Origin: a virus
Taxonomy: Duplodnaviria; Caudoviricetes
Direction: 5' to 3' (one strand)
Virus record (IMG/VR): IMGVR_UViG_3300009184_005738
Coordinates: 1-55,940 of that record
Length of the DNA stretch: 55,940 nucleotides
Numbering within the stretch: the stretch's first letter is position 1; each line of letters opens with the position of its first letter. The translations under genes were made by a program, and so were the position numbers. The notes beneath the pieces are model-generated. The model did not search any database. It had not been told where the DNA came from and was given only the letters and a program-made list of their open reading frames with translations. This document shows, in pieces, positions 36,054 through 44,891 of the stretch.

Positions 36054-36647
36054 TTAAAGCTCGCTAAATTCTATGCCACTAGAATATATTGTTTTAGTAA
36101 CTTGTTCTCCATCTTCGCCCGGAGCTACGCATACGAAAGATGCTCCGAAGTCAACAGAGCTAATAATAATAGGCTTATGAGATTCAAGCTTATCAGGGTT
36201 TGGTACAATCGTAACGCCATTTAAGAAGTTTCTTGGAAAAGAGATTTTTTCTTCATTAGAGACATTGTAATTAATCATGCCAGGCATGCAGGAAAGCCAG
36301 TAGCAAAGAATCTTTTCTCTTAATGTGACATTGCTAGTATTTTTAAAAACTTTATTTAGATACTTAACCGACAAACTATTTCCTGTAATGTTTGAAGGTA
36401 AAAACGCACAGTATTCAGGTATAAAGTTTTTGTTATTAAGAAAAATTTCTATCTTTTTAAATAAGTCAAATTCTTTTTTCTTGTCTAGCTTCCCTATTAT
36501 GTAATAATCGTTATCAAGATCGGTGAGAAAGCATTCTACAGAGCAGAATGTCCCACTAATTACCCGATTTTCTACTGGATTACTTAAGGTGTAATAAACA
36601 GCTTGGTCAGCATTGATGCTGGCACATTCTGGGCATTCTTGCTCCAT
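36054..36647 (-). CDS. hypothetical protein with N-terminal CxxC...FCSxxC
   Basis: GGAGG RBS before MEQEC. Confidence 0.6.
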   Translation of the reverse strand: MEQECPECASINADQAVYYTLSNPVENRVISGTFCSVECFLTDLDNDYYIIGKLDKKKEFDLFKKIEIFLNNKNFIPEYCAFLPSNITGNSLSVKYLNKVFKNTSNVTLREKILCYWLSCMPGMINYNVSNEEKISFPRNFLNGVTIVPNPDKLESHKPIIISSVDFGASFVCVAPGEDGEQVTKTIYSSGIEFSEL

Positions 36648-36734
36648 TGTTCCTCCTTGTAGAAACAACAATTCCCCCCCCTTTTACCTGTTAGGGTGGG
36701 TGATTACTAAACGCAGCTTAAACATCGCCCTCCG

Positions 36735-36782
36735 GCCGAATGGAAAGAATCGAACTTCCAGAATATCTCACCATGCATTCGC
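36735..36782 (-). ncRNA. second anticodon-less tRNA-like minihelix
   Basis: CGAAUG/CAUUCG acceptor-like stem, GG-containing linker, GGAAG-UUCGAUU-CUUUC T arm. Confidence 0.5.
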
Positions 36783-36783
36783 T

Positions 36784-37554
36784 TTAGACTAGTTCCATTA
36801 AAGCTATATTTGCTGGAACTAATTTATATTCATTAAAAATTGAATCAAAACTGCGAATAAATTGTTTGTCGTCTTGATATGACCCTCCTAACTGCAATGG
36901 TATTTCATCCATAAGAGAATAAATTTCTGCATTTTCTGACGGCCAAAAATTAATTGGATCAACAGTAAGTTTTTCCCATTTTTTGAAAAAACTAGGCCAG
37001 TTTTTAGTATTCCATATTTTAGCTAAATAACGTGCTAATGGAACTTTTGTAATTGTACCGGAAACTTTGTGGATCAATGGGTAGTCATTATTGCCAACAT
37101 CATAAGAAAAAGTTGAGTAAGCTCTATTAAAAATGTCAATATAGTTATAATCAAATAACATTGATTTTTCTGAATTTCTTTTAAATTCTTTATAAGAAGC
37201 ACCACAAAGGCTTCCGTTCATATCCATATTTGAAAATGGGGCATCCATCATACATTTGGAGTCATCCATTTTTTCGCCACAAAAAAATATTCTATTTATT
37301 TTAATATCATAACTATGACTATAAGAAAGATTGCCATCGCTTGCTTTATAGCCGTAGTTATAGCAAGAGTAATTTTCTGATACTAAAAAATATGTCCAAG
37401 GAACAGGCAATGAATATTGTGTTCTGGCATAGGTGTAGCGCATTAAATGTGGCGGAGTCTCGTAAAGAAACCAATTACTTTTGAAAGCGCTATAATTATT
37501 ATTGTTTTCTTTTATTAAGTTTTTTTCATCTGTTTTTGCTATTAAATTTAACAT
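36784..37554 (-). CDS. prokaryotic E2-like protein, paralogue 4
   Basis: YETPP...SLPVPWTYF...APFSNMDMNGSLCG...GNND...FFKKWEKL; start moved out of the tmRNA. Confidence 0.58.
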   Translation of the reverse strand: MLNLIAKTDEKNLIKENNNNYSAFKSNWFLYETPPHLMRYTYARTQYSLPVPWTYFLVSENYSCYNYGYKASDGNLSYSHSYDIKINRIFFCGEKMDDSKCMMDAPFSNMDMNGSLCGASYKEFKRNSEKSMLFDYNYIDIFNRAYSTFSYDVGNNDYPLIHKVSGTITKVPLARYLAKIWNTKNWPSFFKKWEKLTVDPINFWPSENAEIYSLMDEIPLQLGGSYQDDKQFIRSFDSIFNEYKLVPANIALMELV

Positions 37555-37560
37555 AGTTAA

Positions 37561-37951
37561 GTGGAGCTGGGGTGAATCGAACCCCCGTCTTTCGGACGAG
37601 TTTCTATTGTGATACAACTATTCCCGCTAAACGGCGGGTCGCTAGGGCCGATCGGCTCATTTGAGCTTCACGTATTCCACCAGTTATTCTTTCATAACAG
37701 TCAAGTAGTCTTTCCTATTAGCCCACCTGTCTATCCAGGTTGTCCGCCTAGTTTCCGTTGATAGGCACTAGGCAAGCCCCGGGACACTAGTTAGACTAGT
37801 GCACCCTCCTCAGCGAGAAGAGTGGCCATAGCGGCATCCCAATCGACGATGTTAGTATCGGCGTTTATTTTTTGTGCCCGCTTTAACGTCTCTGAGCTAG
37901 ACGAGTTGCACGCCAGAACTTCTGACCCCGAAATCGAAACCAGTCAGCCCC
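37561..37951 (-). ncRNA. ssrA: tmRNA (tag ADTNIVDWDAAMATLLAEEGALV)
   Basis: 5' GGGGCTGACTGGTTTCGA; 3' GGGGGTTCGATTCACCCCAGCTCCA; G3-U70; resume context ATAAAC-GCC. Confidence 0.93.
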
Positions 37952-37994
37952 TTGAAAATCTTGGATAACTATTTATAGTACCAAGAAAGTTAAT

Positions 37995-38267
37995 TTAGAA
38001 GGAATTTTTCTCTCTACCAAGGTCATAAGCACCGCTGGGTAAGAAGAATTCTATTTCATCTTCATCTCTTATTACATAGTCCCAACTAACTTGTATACAC
38101 CTGGAGGGTATTGAGTTTGAGGGATTCCTTTTCAGAACTTTCATTGGGGAGAAGTTAAGGGATATCCCTTCAAAATATTCTTTATATTCAACAATTGCTT
38201 TCTGTATAGTCATTCCAGCAGCATTTTGAATATTGTATGTTTTTTTATCCCAAACTATTTTTGGCAT
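37995..38267 (-). CDS. candidate second ubiquitin-like beta-grasp protein
   Basis: AGMTI...DYVIRDEDEIEF matches the Ubl AGKSV...SYVIQPGDNVEF; C-terminal extension after SG. Confidence 0.5.
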   Translation of the reverse strand: MPKIVWDKKTYNIQNAAGMTIQKAIVEYKEYFEGISLNFSPMKVLKRNPSNSIPSRCIQVSWDYVIRDEDEIEFFLPSGAYDLGREKNSF

Positions 38268-38670
38268 CTTGGTCCTTTCCCCTATTTAATCTTTCTTCAA
38301 ACACTTTAAAAAGTTGTTCTATTTTGTCTTCAGCTTTTTTAACTTCGGACTTTTTCTTTTTGATCTTTTTCATATTCCGAATCTTTCCATAGCCTAAGTC
38401 CGGAGTTGTGGGTATCGCTGTCGTGACCCCATGGTAGCATACAATTGTCTTTACCTCCATAAGGTAAAGCGCCACATCTGCAAGATTTCATTCTACATCC
38501 TAGTATTTAGAGTAATAATAATTGGCTAACTAATAAAAAAGATAGTTATACCATTATAAAAATGCTTTTTATTGATACGTATATTGACGAGCTCAACAGT
38601 AGATAGTAGCAAATTTTCTTATTGAGACTTAGTGATTTCCACCAGTATATAATAAATTCTTTATCTTCTA

Positions 38671-39084
38671 TCAAAAGAATTCGGCTCTATAAACAAAATC
38701 TTTTGCTACCCAAAGATTTATCCTATCCTTCACAAAACCTGGCCCTATTAAATCCCCGATCCCATCGCGCATAACAACTCTGCACTGATGGCCGGATTGT
38801 ATGGCCAAATCAAACGCCCTATCTTCTGTTTTATCTATAAAATCTATAGCTATTTCAAAACTTTGCGCTAACATTACCGACACTATCCTTACGCCTGGCC
38901 TTTGATAAAACCAGCTTTTAAAGGTGTTCACAACCTCACTAGAAGATAATACCTCTAACGGCCAGGAATCGCCTTCAACGAAGGGAATATAAACTCTTTC
39001 GTAAAGCGGAAAATCTTGATTAAATTCCTCGACAAAGACTAAACCTTCGCCACTACTTGTTTCTATGTTGACAATGTATTCCAT
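38671..39084 (-). CDS. hypothetical protein with C-terminal I78 peptidase-inhibitor-like segment
   Basis: RVVMRDG....KDRINLWV..DFV. Confidence 0.45.
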   Translation of the reverse strand: MEYIVNIETSSGEGLVFVEEFNQDFPLYERVYIPFVEGDSWPLEVLSSSEVVNTFKSWFYQRPGVRIVSVMLAQSFEIAIDFIDKTEDRAFDLAIQSGHQCRVVMRDGIGDLIGPGFVKDRINLWVAKDFVYRAEFF

Positions 39085-39085
39085 A

Positions 39086-39478
39086 TTATTGATTTTCTAC
39101 TAATTTCTTGATAGAGAAAAAATCAGGCAAGTATTTGAGAGTTTCTTTTTTTGTTAGCCCGTAATTTTCTAAGGATGTTATAAATTGGTTAATGTTAAAA
39201 TTGTAGAAATCATCGCCATGTATTGCTTTTAATTTTTCTGTGTATAAAGAATCAGGAAACATATAGTCTAGCTCGTAGATTCTTAGGTCCCCATACGTAT
39301 CGGAATAGGTTGTTGCTACAGCTTCTTTAGCTTCTTCTAGTGTCTCGTAGTACCGACCATGTGATACAGCTTCGCCATAGCAACTGTATGTCTCATCGTT
39401 ATACTCTAAGTTAGTAGCTAACACAACAAAAACTTCTTTTGGTTTAGATGCGCTTTCACTAGCCAGATAATGCTTCAT
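39086..39478 (-). CDS. hypothetical protein
   Basis: coupled ORF. Confidence 0.6.
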   Translation of the reverse strand: MKHYLASESASKPKEVFVVLATNLEYNDETYSCYGEAVSHGRYYETLEEAKEAVATTYSDTYGDLRIYELDYMFPDSLYTEKLKAIHGDDFYNFNINQFITSLENYGLTKKETLKYLPDFFSIKKLVENQ

Positions 39479-39681
39479 TGAGCAAACTCATCTTCTTTGT
39501 TTGGTCGAAAAAGTTTATAGAATGAGTAAATTTCCTCATTGAACATTGCTTTCTTATAATTTTTAGCAATAGATATAACTGCAGAACCTATCAAGAAGGA
39601 ATAAAGTAAAGACTTACCAAAGTACGTCATTGTTTCTTTTATGTCTATCTTAGTCTGTTCATCTAAGTCTTTTACATTCAT
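39475..39681 (-). CDS. small membrane protein
   Basis: one hydrophobic segment; AAGGA RBS. Confidence 0.5.
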   Translation of the reverse strand: MNVKDLDEQTKIDIKETMTYFGKSLLYSFLIGSAVISIAKNYKKAMFNEEIYSFYKLFRPNKEDEFAQ

Positions 39682-39694
39682 AACTTAATCCTTT

Positions 39695-40144
39695 TTATGT
39701 GAAACTTATTTGTTTATCTATCTCGTGGGTCGGCCACCAATAGTCTATCGTATCAGGTTCTTCCCAGTTAAATCTACAATAATGATCATAGTCTTTGCGG
39801 AGCAGGTTACTTCTATGCGATGAGTGCATTTTTTCGTTGCCAAGCCATTCAGGCACGGTAAAGTCATCGTCTAAATTATTGAAAGCTTCTAAGGTTTTTT
39901 GTAAACATACAATGTCTTTATATCCTCTGCTCACCCACTCTGCCACGATTGCTCTCTGATAGTCCATTAGAGCGCCTTCGTGGTTCTCCCACATCCTAAC
40001 TGCAGGGTGGTTGGCCCAGCCATCGCTAAGGCCACACAGGGTATTCATTATCTGCATTGTTTCTACGCGCTGTTTACCTAAACGCCTATAGTCTAAGCAC
40101 TGCGCGGTTTTTTCAAAATTGCTGTACGGAAGGAAAGTTTGCAT
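39695..40144 (-). CDS. pyrimidine-dimer glycosylase (DenV)/MSMEG_6728-like protein
   Basis: MQTFLPY...LD.RRLGKQRVE...GW.NHPAV.MW...H.SH.SNLLRKD. Confidence 0.85.
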   Translation of the reverse strand: MQTFLPYSNFEKTAQCLDYRRLGKQRVETMQIMNTLCGLSDGWANHPAVRMWENHEGALMDYQRAIVAEWVSRGYKDIVCLQKTLEAFNNLDDDFTVPEWLGNEKMHSSHRSNLLRKDYDHYCRFNWEEPDTIDYWWPTHEIDKQISFT

Positions 40145-40150
40145 AAATAC

Positions 40151-40657
40151 TCAACGTTCGTTATAATAATGCCATTTTGCTAATGGAAGTTTTATTGGTT
40201 GATTATTGCTATAAAAAACAACATACCTTACATAAGCTTCCGCCAGTAAAGATTTACAATGAATACAGGGGGAAGTATTTGGCATTCTTGTTTTAGTTTT
40301 ATTTCGTGTTCCGGCGATATAAACTGTACCACCCTTCAAAGAAGGAGTACGGTAGAACAAGTCTAGTTCGGCGTGAACGCCGCATATTTCTGGATAAGCC
40401 TCATCTATGGTATTCGCTCGTCTAGTGAGCCTATTCAATCCTAAGTGCGAGCGACTTCCCTTTACCCATTTAGCCACCATATTATAGCTACCGCCAGACT
40501 TATGGTGTAATGACTGCTCGGAAAGTTTATCCAATATGCTTATGTCGCTCTTTGTCATTCCTAGGTCAGTCGTCAACTCTAAGATTGCTGGACTACGTAA
40601 CTCTAAGAGTTTATCGTATTGAACAGCATTAATGCCCATATTAGATTGACGTTTCAA
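40151..40657 (-). CDS. cytidine/deoxycytidylate deaminase-family protein
   Basis: HAE...PCxxC zinc-dependent deaminase motif. Confidence 0.75.
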   Translation of the reverse strand: MKRQSNMGINAVQYDKLLELRSPAILELTTDLGMTKSDISILDKLSEQSLHHKSGGSYNMVAKWVKGSRSHLGLNRLTRRANTIDEAYPEICGVHAELDLFYRTPSLKGGTVYIAGTRNKTKTRMPNTSPCIHCKSLLAEAYVRYVVFYSNNQPIKLPLAKWHYYNER

Positions 40658-40817
40658 AAGTTTTTATTAAAAAGTCTAAACTATGCACGTTTTTAAATCC
40701 ATTTTCTACGATATCAGACATAATAGAGAATGGTATTTTTACGTAAGTATAAGGTTGCACTTGGGCTTCACACCAACAATCAAGTGTAGCACAAAGTTCA
40801 AAATTTTCATTATCCAT
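40641..40817 (-). CDS. hypothetical protein
   Basis: AGGAG RBS before MDNENF; the longer ORF runs through tRNA-Leu. Confidence 0.5.
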   Translation of the reverse strand: MDNENFELCATLDCWCEAQVQPYTYVKIPFSIMSDIVENGFKNVHSLDFLIKTFETSI

Positions 40818-40834
40818 AAGGACTCCTTTGTAAG

Positions 40835-40916
40835 TGCGGGTAGTGGGACTTGAACCCACAAGTCCGAAGACGGAGGCTTTTAAGGCCTCTGCGTATGCCG
40901 ATTCCGCCATACCCGC
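40835..40916 (-). tRNA. tRNA-Leu(TAA)
   Basis: cloverleaf with variable arm, anticodon loop CTTAAAA. Confidence 0.93.
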
Positions 40917-40921
40917 TAGAA

Positions 40922-41647
40922 CTAAACGGTAGCTGAGTTGGTAGAACCGTAGAACTTGAGTTCGTCAATTAAATTATCTTGAGCAATGCAGTGCAGTTTC
41001 CCAGAGGATGGATCTGACTCATAAAGTGCTTCTGTATGAAAAAGGGAATCAGCAACGAGTGCACTGTGAACCCATTCTCGCCTATGGTCTATCCACTCTA
41101 TGCTTTTAAACTTTGATTCTAAGGCCATATTTTCTATAACGTTCATGTAGCGATTGCCTTCATATGTTAACCAGACATAGTTTGCGTCACGAAACAAGTG
41201 ATAATGGAAAGATTTATTAGGATCAAACGTCAATGGGTCAGCTAAGCTACATATTAGGCTATATACAAGGCGACTATCTTTTTCTAATAGATCTAAGTAT
41301 TGTATAATTTCTAATGCGTCTTCTGCTGATTTTTCAAAACAAGAGTCATCAAACGGTTGATAGTGTAAAAAGCTAAAGAAACAACTAAAAATCAATACAT
41401 CTAGTACATCTATGCTTAGTTTTTTTGTTTCTTGATCTAGTTTGTCTACCGCTTTAATTGATCTTTCTACAAGCAACCAGTTAGAAAATGGTCTGGCATT
41501 ATTGGTATAGTATTCATCAAGTAGATTGAACCATTTATCTGTTAGGTTTTTATCCTTAATGAATTCATTTTTATAGATGCAATCATTCCAAGCAAAGTAA
41601 AGATAATCTATATCGTACGGAAGTCTAACGCTATTTGCATTTGACAT
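40922..41647 (-). CDS. hypothetical helical protein
   Basis: AAGGA RBS before MSNANS. Confidence 0.6.
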   Translation of the reverse strand: MSNANSVRLPYDIDYLYFAWNDCIYKNEFIKDKNLTDKWFNLLDEYYTNNARPFSNWLLVERSIKAVDKLDQETKKLSIDVLDVLIFSCFFSFLHYQPFDDSCFEKSAEDALEIIQYLDLLEKDSRLVYSLICSLADPLTFDPNKSFHYHLFRDANYVWLTYEGNRYMNVIENMALESKFKSIEWIDHRREWVHSALVADSLFHTEALYESDPSSGKLHCIAQDNLIDELKFYGSTNSATV

Positions 41648-41831
41648 ATTAGTCCTTTTTGTAAATAACTCTGACAGGGCTAGATCCATGTTCCCAAGTA
41701 GGATCTATTTCAGCAAAAACAGAAGCGTCTAAGGAATAATGGAAAGGATCTTCGGTTTTTCCGACTAAAATTTCTTCAACTTCATTAATTTCATTTTTAC
41801 GTTGTAGAAAAACCTTAAACATTTTCCACCT

Positions 41832-42416
41832 TTAAAACATTAGTAGTCTGTCTATTTTTTCTATTGTTAGACCCTGATAAAAGTCTAAATCAAAACCATC
41901 TTCTAGTAACCATTTCATCACATCGGATGGCTTACCTATACCGCTGCTTAGCTTCATACCAAAGGCAATAATATCGCTTACGCTTTTTGGGTAACACAGT
42001 GTATCTTTTGCCAGCTCAATGGTTTCATCGTATACTACTTCGCCGGAAACTATACTATAGGGAAAAGGCTCAGCAAGCGCGGAGACACTATTGGCCATAA
42101 TGGTTATTATGGAATCTTTTACGCTTCCATCTTCATAAGTTACCGTATTGCCAAAAGTTATTAAGCATTCAGATGAAGCAATAGAGCTTCCTAGCATCAT
42201 AATCTTAGCAATTTGTTCTATAAGATTTTGTTCGCTTTCGAAAAAAGTCCCGTTCACTCTACACAAGTTACCCAGATTATTGTAGAAAACTACGGAAGGG
42301 GTTATTTGTCTGCCATTAATGATAGATTCTCTGTAATCATCAAGTGCTTGTTTTTTTGCTGTGTTGCTTTCATCTTCATCAAACAACGAAACACTAAATC
42401 TAAGTGGTGAATCCAT
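41832..42416 (-). CDS. hypothetical protein
   Basis: AAGGAG RBS. Confidence 0.65.
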   Translation of the reverse strand: MDSPLRFSVSLFDEDESNTAKKQALDDYRESIINGRQITPSVVFYNNLGNLCRVNGTFFESEQNLIEQIAKIMMLGSSIASSECLITFGNTVTYEDGSVKDSIITIMANSVSALAEPFPYSIVSGEVVYDETIELAKDTLCYPKSVSDIIAFGMKLSSGIGKPSDVMKWLLEDGFDLDFYQGLTIEKIDRLLMF

Positions 42417-42463
42417 TTATGGCTCCTTTATTTTACACCGACATGTTTTCTTTCTCCCCTTTT

Positions 42464-42676
42464 TCACTGAGAGATAGACACAACGTGAATTTTATCAGAA
42501 GCGTCTATGATTACTTCTACTTCTTTTATCATTGATAAATCTATTCTTTTCCCATTACCGATACAACCTGAACAATCATACATTCCAGCGCGAACTTTGT
42601 TTATACATGAGGCTTCAAGAATGCAATCGGCTAATGGTGCTAGTATCCAATTGTTGCTAGTTTCCATTATTACCAC
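42464..42676 (-). CDS. small Cys-containing hypothetical protein
   Basis: ORF track. Confidence 0.45.
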   Translation of the reverse strand: MVIMETSNNWILAPLADCILEASCINKVRAGMYDCSGCIGNGKRIDLSMIKEVEVIIDASDKIHVVSISQ

Positions 42677-42685
42677 CTACTTAAG

Positions 42686-42716
42686 AATAAAAGCCCACCT
42701 TTTTCAAGGTGAGCTT
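42686..42716 (-). terminator. rho-independent terminator after the Rpf gene
   Basis: aagctcacctt/aaggtgggctt stem followed by TTATT on the minus strand. Confidence 0.6.
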
Positions 42717-42764
42717 CTATTACCGATAAATTTAGCTTTAAAGAATGCTCCTATAGGCCATATA

Positions 42765-43355
42765 TTACGACCAGTTAAATTTGCTACTACACCCTGGCCA
42801 AGCTTTCCAACCAGAACTAGCTAATATCCGTTCAGCAACTACGATTTGCTGTTCACGGGATGCTTCCCAAGGGTGTGGCGCAAATTCGCCGCCTCCATAA
42901 GAAAGCCATGTAGAATAAGAAGATTGATGCATGAATTGCAGACCTCCACCGAAACCATTTCCGGTATTGCAACCCCAGTTTCCACCACACTCGCACTTTG
43001 CAAGCTGATCCCAACGAGAACCGTCTCCTGGATCATAATTAGACTTATCTACTAGTCTTGCGGGTGGATTAGCTGCAGCATCAGCAGCAGCCTGTTCTTG
43101 GCGCTTAACTTCTTCAACGTACGCAACAACTTTATTTACTTCAGCTGCCACTATAGCGTTGACATCATAACTAACATAAGAATCTTCAATTTTTTTAGCT
43201 TCTACCGTAGTCTCATTTTCGACTACTTTTAATGTTTCACTGTTTGAAGAAATTGTTTCACTACCAGTTACTTCTACTGCAAATACTATACTAACTATAA
43301 AGAATACTGCTACAAACAATACTATTAATTTAATATGCTTTCTGAAAATAGACAC
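42765..43355 (-). CDS. resuscitation-promoting factor (Rpf)-like transglycosylase, secreted or membrane-anchored
   Basis: WDQLAKCECGGNW..NTGNGF.GGLQF...TW...GG...ASREQQI.VAERIL...GW.AWPGCS; N-terminal hydrophobic signal. Confidence 0.92.
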   Translation of the reverse strand: MSIFRKHIKLIVLFVAVFFIVSIVFAVEVTGSETISSNSETLKVVENETTVEAKKIEDSYVSYDVNAIVAAEVNKVVAYVEEVKRQEQAAADAAANPPARLVDKSNYDPGDGSRWDQLAKCECGGNWGCNTGNGFGGGLQFMHQSSYSTWLSYGGGEFAPHPWEASREQQIVVAERILASSGWKAWPGCSSKFNWS

Positions 43356-43387
43356 AATAGTTTCTCCTTATTGGATGAATATAACTA

Positions 43388-43774
43388 TTAGCCTCCTTCC
43401 GGGTTGTTTATCGATGAAAGCGGTCGCTTGAAGAAATCGAGCATATTGCCCTTAATAATTTTTTCAAGTAAAAGAGCTTCTTCTCTTTTTAGAAAACCGC
43501 TAGACTTATCTACGGCAACGCTATGCTGAGCATCTTCACCTTTGTGAAGCTCAAGATATACTTTACTTAAAACACCTTCCATAGCAATTGCCGTCTCAAT
43601 CAATCCTTTACAAGCATTGACTAGATCTATGGTTGTTAGATGGATCTCTTCTGGAACGATTTGAGCGATTTGTACAAGCCAAATTTTCTCTAAGGCTTCA
43701 ATCCAGGTCATACTTTCGAAGACAGACTTCAAATCGTTTTCAGTTAGATCGTTGTTAAATGAATTTTCACTCAT
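43388..43774 (-). CDS. hypothetical protein (probably leaderless)
   Basis: TGaTATAAT 6 nt upstream of the ATG. Confidence 0.6.
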   Translation of the reverse strand: MSENSFNNDLTENDLKSVFESMTWIEALEKIWLVQIAQIVPEEIHLTTIDLVNACKGLIETAIAMEGVLSKVYLELHKGEDAQHSVAVDKSSGFLKREEALLLEKIIKGNMLDFFKRPLSSINNPEGG

Positions 43775-43780
43775 TAGACA

Positions 43781-43789
43781 ATTATATCA
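43781..43789 (-). promoter_or_regulatory. extended -10 promoter for a probable leaderless mRNA
   Basis: TGaTATAAT-N6-ATG, same geometry as at 13095. Confidence 0.6.
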
Positions 43790-43795
43790 GATGAT

Positions 43796-44161
43796 TCAAG
43801 CAGTTTCATCTTCTGGGTCATCATCTGGACCCATCATTTGTTTAGTGGCATTTACTACGCCATCTGGTATTGCAGCTAGACGGCAGTAACCATTGGGCTC
43901 TATACTTCTGGCTACAATATGGCACATATTTTCACTTTCATAGTGCGCACAATTGCTGCACTTAACGCCTATTTCGACATTATCATTATCTTCAGCAGAT
44001 ACATAGCCGACCCATATACCTTTACCGTCATTATCTGCAAGTTTTCCATGACGCTCAACAATGCCCTCCATAGCCTGAACAAATTCTTTTTCAGGTTGAG
44101 GCATTGTTGTCTCTATTAGTTTTACGAATTCTGCAAGCCATATGCTATGATTGGGGTTCAT
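43796..44161 (-). CDS. HiPIP-like 4-Cys iron-sulfur protein
   Basis: GY......KCSNCAHY....CHIV...IEPNGYC. Confidence 0.6.
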   Translation of the reverse strand: MNPNHSIWLAEFVKLIETTMPQPEKEFVQAMEGIVERHGKLADNDGKGIWVGYVSAEDNDNVEIGVKCSNCAHYESENMCHIVARSIEPNGYCRLAAIPDGVVNATKQMMGPDDDPEDETA

Positions 44162-44386
44162 TTTATTCCTTACTTAGATCTACGGATAGTTATTATCCAT
44201 GTCGATACACTGATAGTAACCTACATAACTGGAATTATTCTGATTTGAGATAGAAAACTCATCAAATATATATAGCTTTTTAATACCTTGTTCAGTAAGT
44301 TGTGGATATCTTTCGCAAAAACTGCAATGATATTTCCTGTTTTTATCGGCCACACCAACACCTTTCTTATAACTGTATTTTCTTTG

Positions 44387-44458
44387 TACCCCCGAGTGGA
44401 CTCGAACCACCGCACATGGTTTAGGAAACCAATGCTCTATCCCCTGAGCTACGAGGGC
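44387..44458 (-). tRNA. tRNA-Arg(CCT)
   Basis: cloverleaf, anticodon loop TTCCTAA. Confidence 0.92.
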
Positions 44459-44463
44459 GAGAT

Positions 44464-44802
44464 TTATAGTGAGCTTTTAACGCCAGAACCCGTAACAAGC
44501 CATTTATCGCCTAGGTCATCTTCTTCTATTCCCCACCAGTAATTGCAGCACTTTACGTTTCCGATAGTTGAATGTGATGCTTTTCCACTATTTTTTAGCT
44601 TTGGAATTGAATCCCATATCTCTTTACTGCAATCGTGGCAAAGTTTAATGAGTATAGAATTGTCATTCATATCATCAAAAAATCCGCTGTAGTATCCAAA
44701 AACCTCAAATTCAAGACCATTTTCAATCATATGGTCTTTTTCGTCAAGATGAAGATTCATGCTGGATCCTTCAGCTTCTTTTTCGCATTTATCGCAAATC
44801 AT
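44464..44802 (-). CDS. zinc-finger hypothetical protein
   Basis: CDKC...GYYSGFFD...LCHDC; AGGAG RBS. Confidence 0.65.
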   Translation of the reverse strand: MICDKCEKEAEGSSMNLHLDEKDHMIENGLEFEVFGYYSGFFDDMNDNSILIKLCHDCSKEIWDSIPKLKNSGKASHSTIGNVKCCNYWWGIEEDDLGDKWLVTGSGVKSSL

Positions 44803-44817
44803 TTTTCTCCTTTTAAG

Positions 44818-44890
<73 letters not shown>

Positions 44891-44891
44891 A

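Noticed and set aside
37555-37617. N-terminal extension of the 277-aa ORF
   Set aside because: It overlaps the tmRNA 3' end; the ATG at 37554 is preferred.
40818-40910. ORF extensions or ORFs running through tRNAs (also 44354-44410, 44759-45007 and 48034-48229)
   Set aside because: These are translations of tRNA sequence; better starts with an RBS lie downstream, or the ORF is a shadow.
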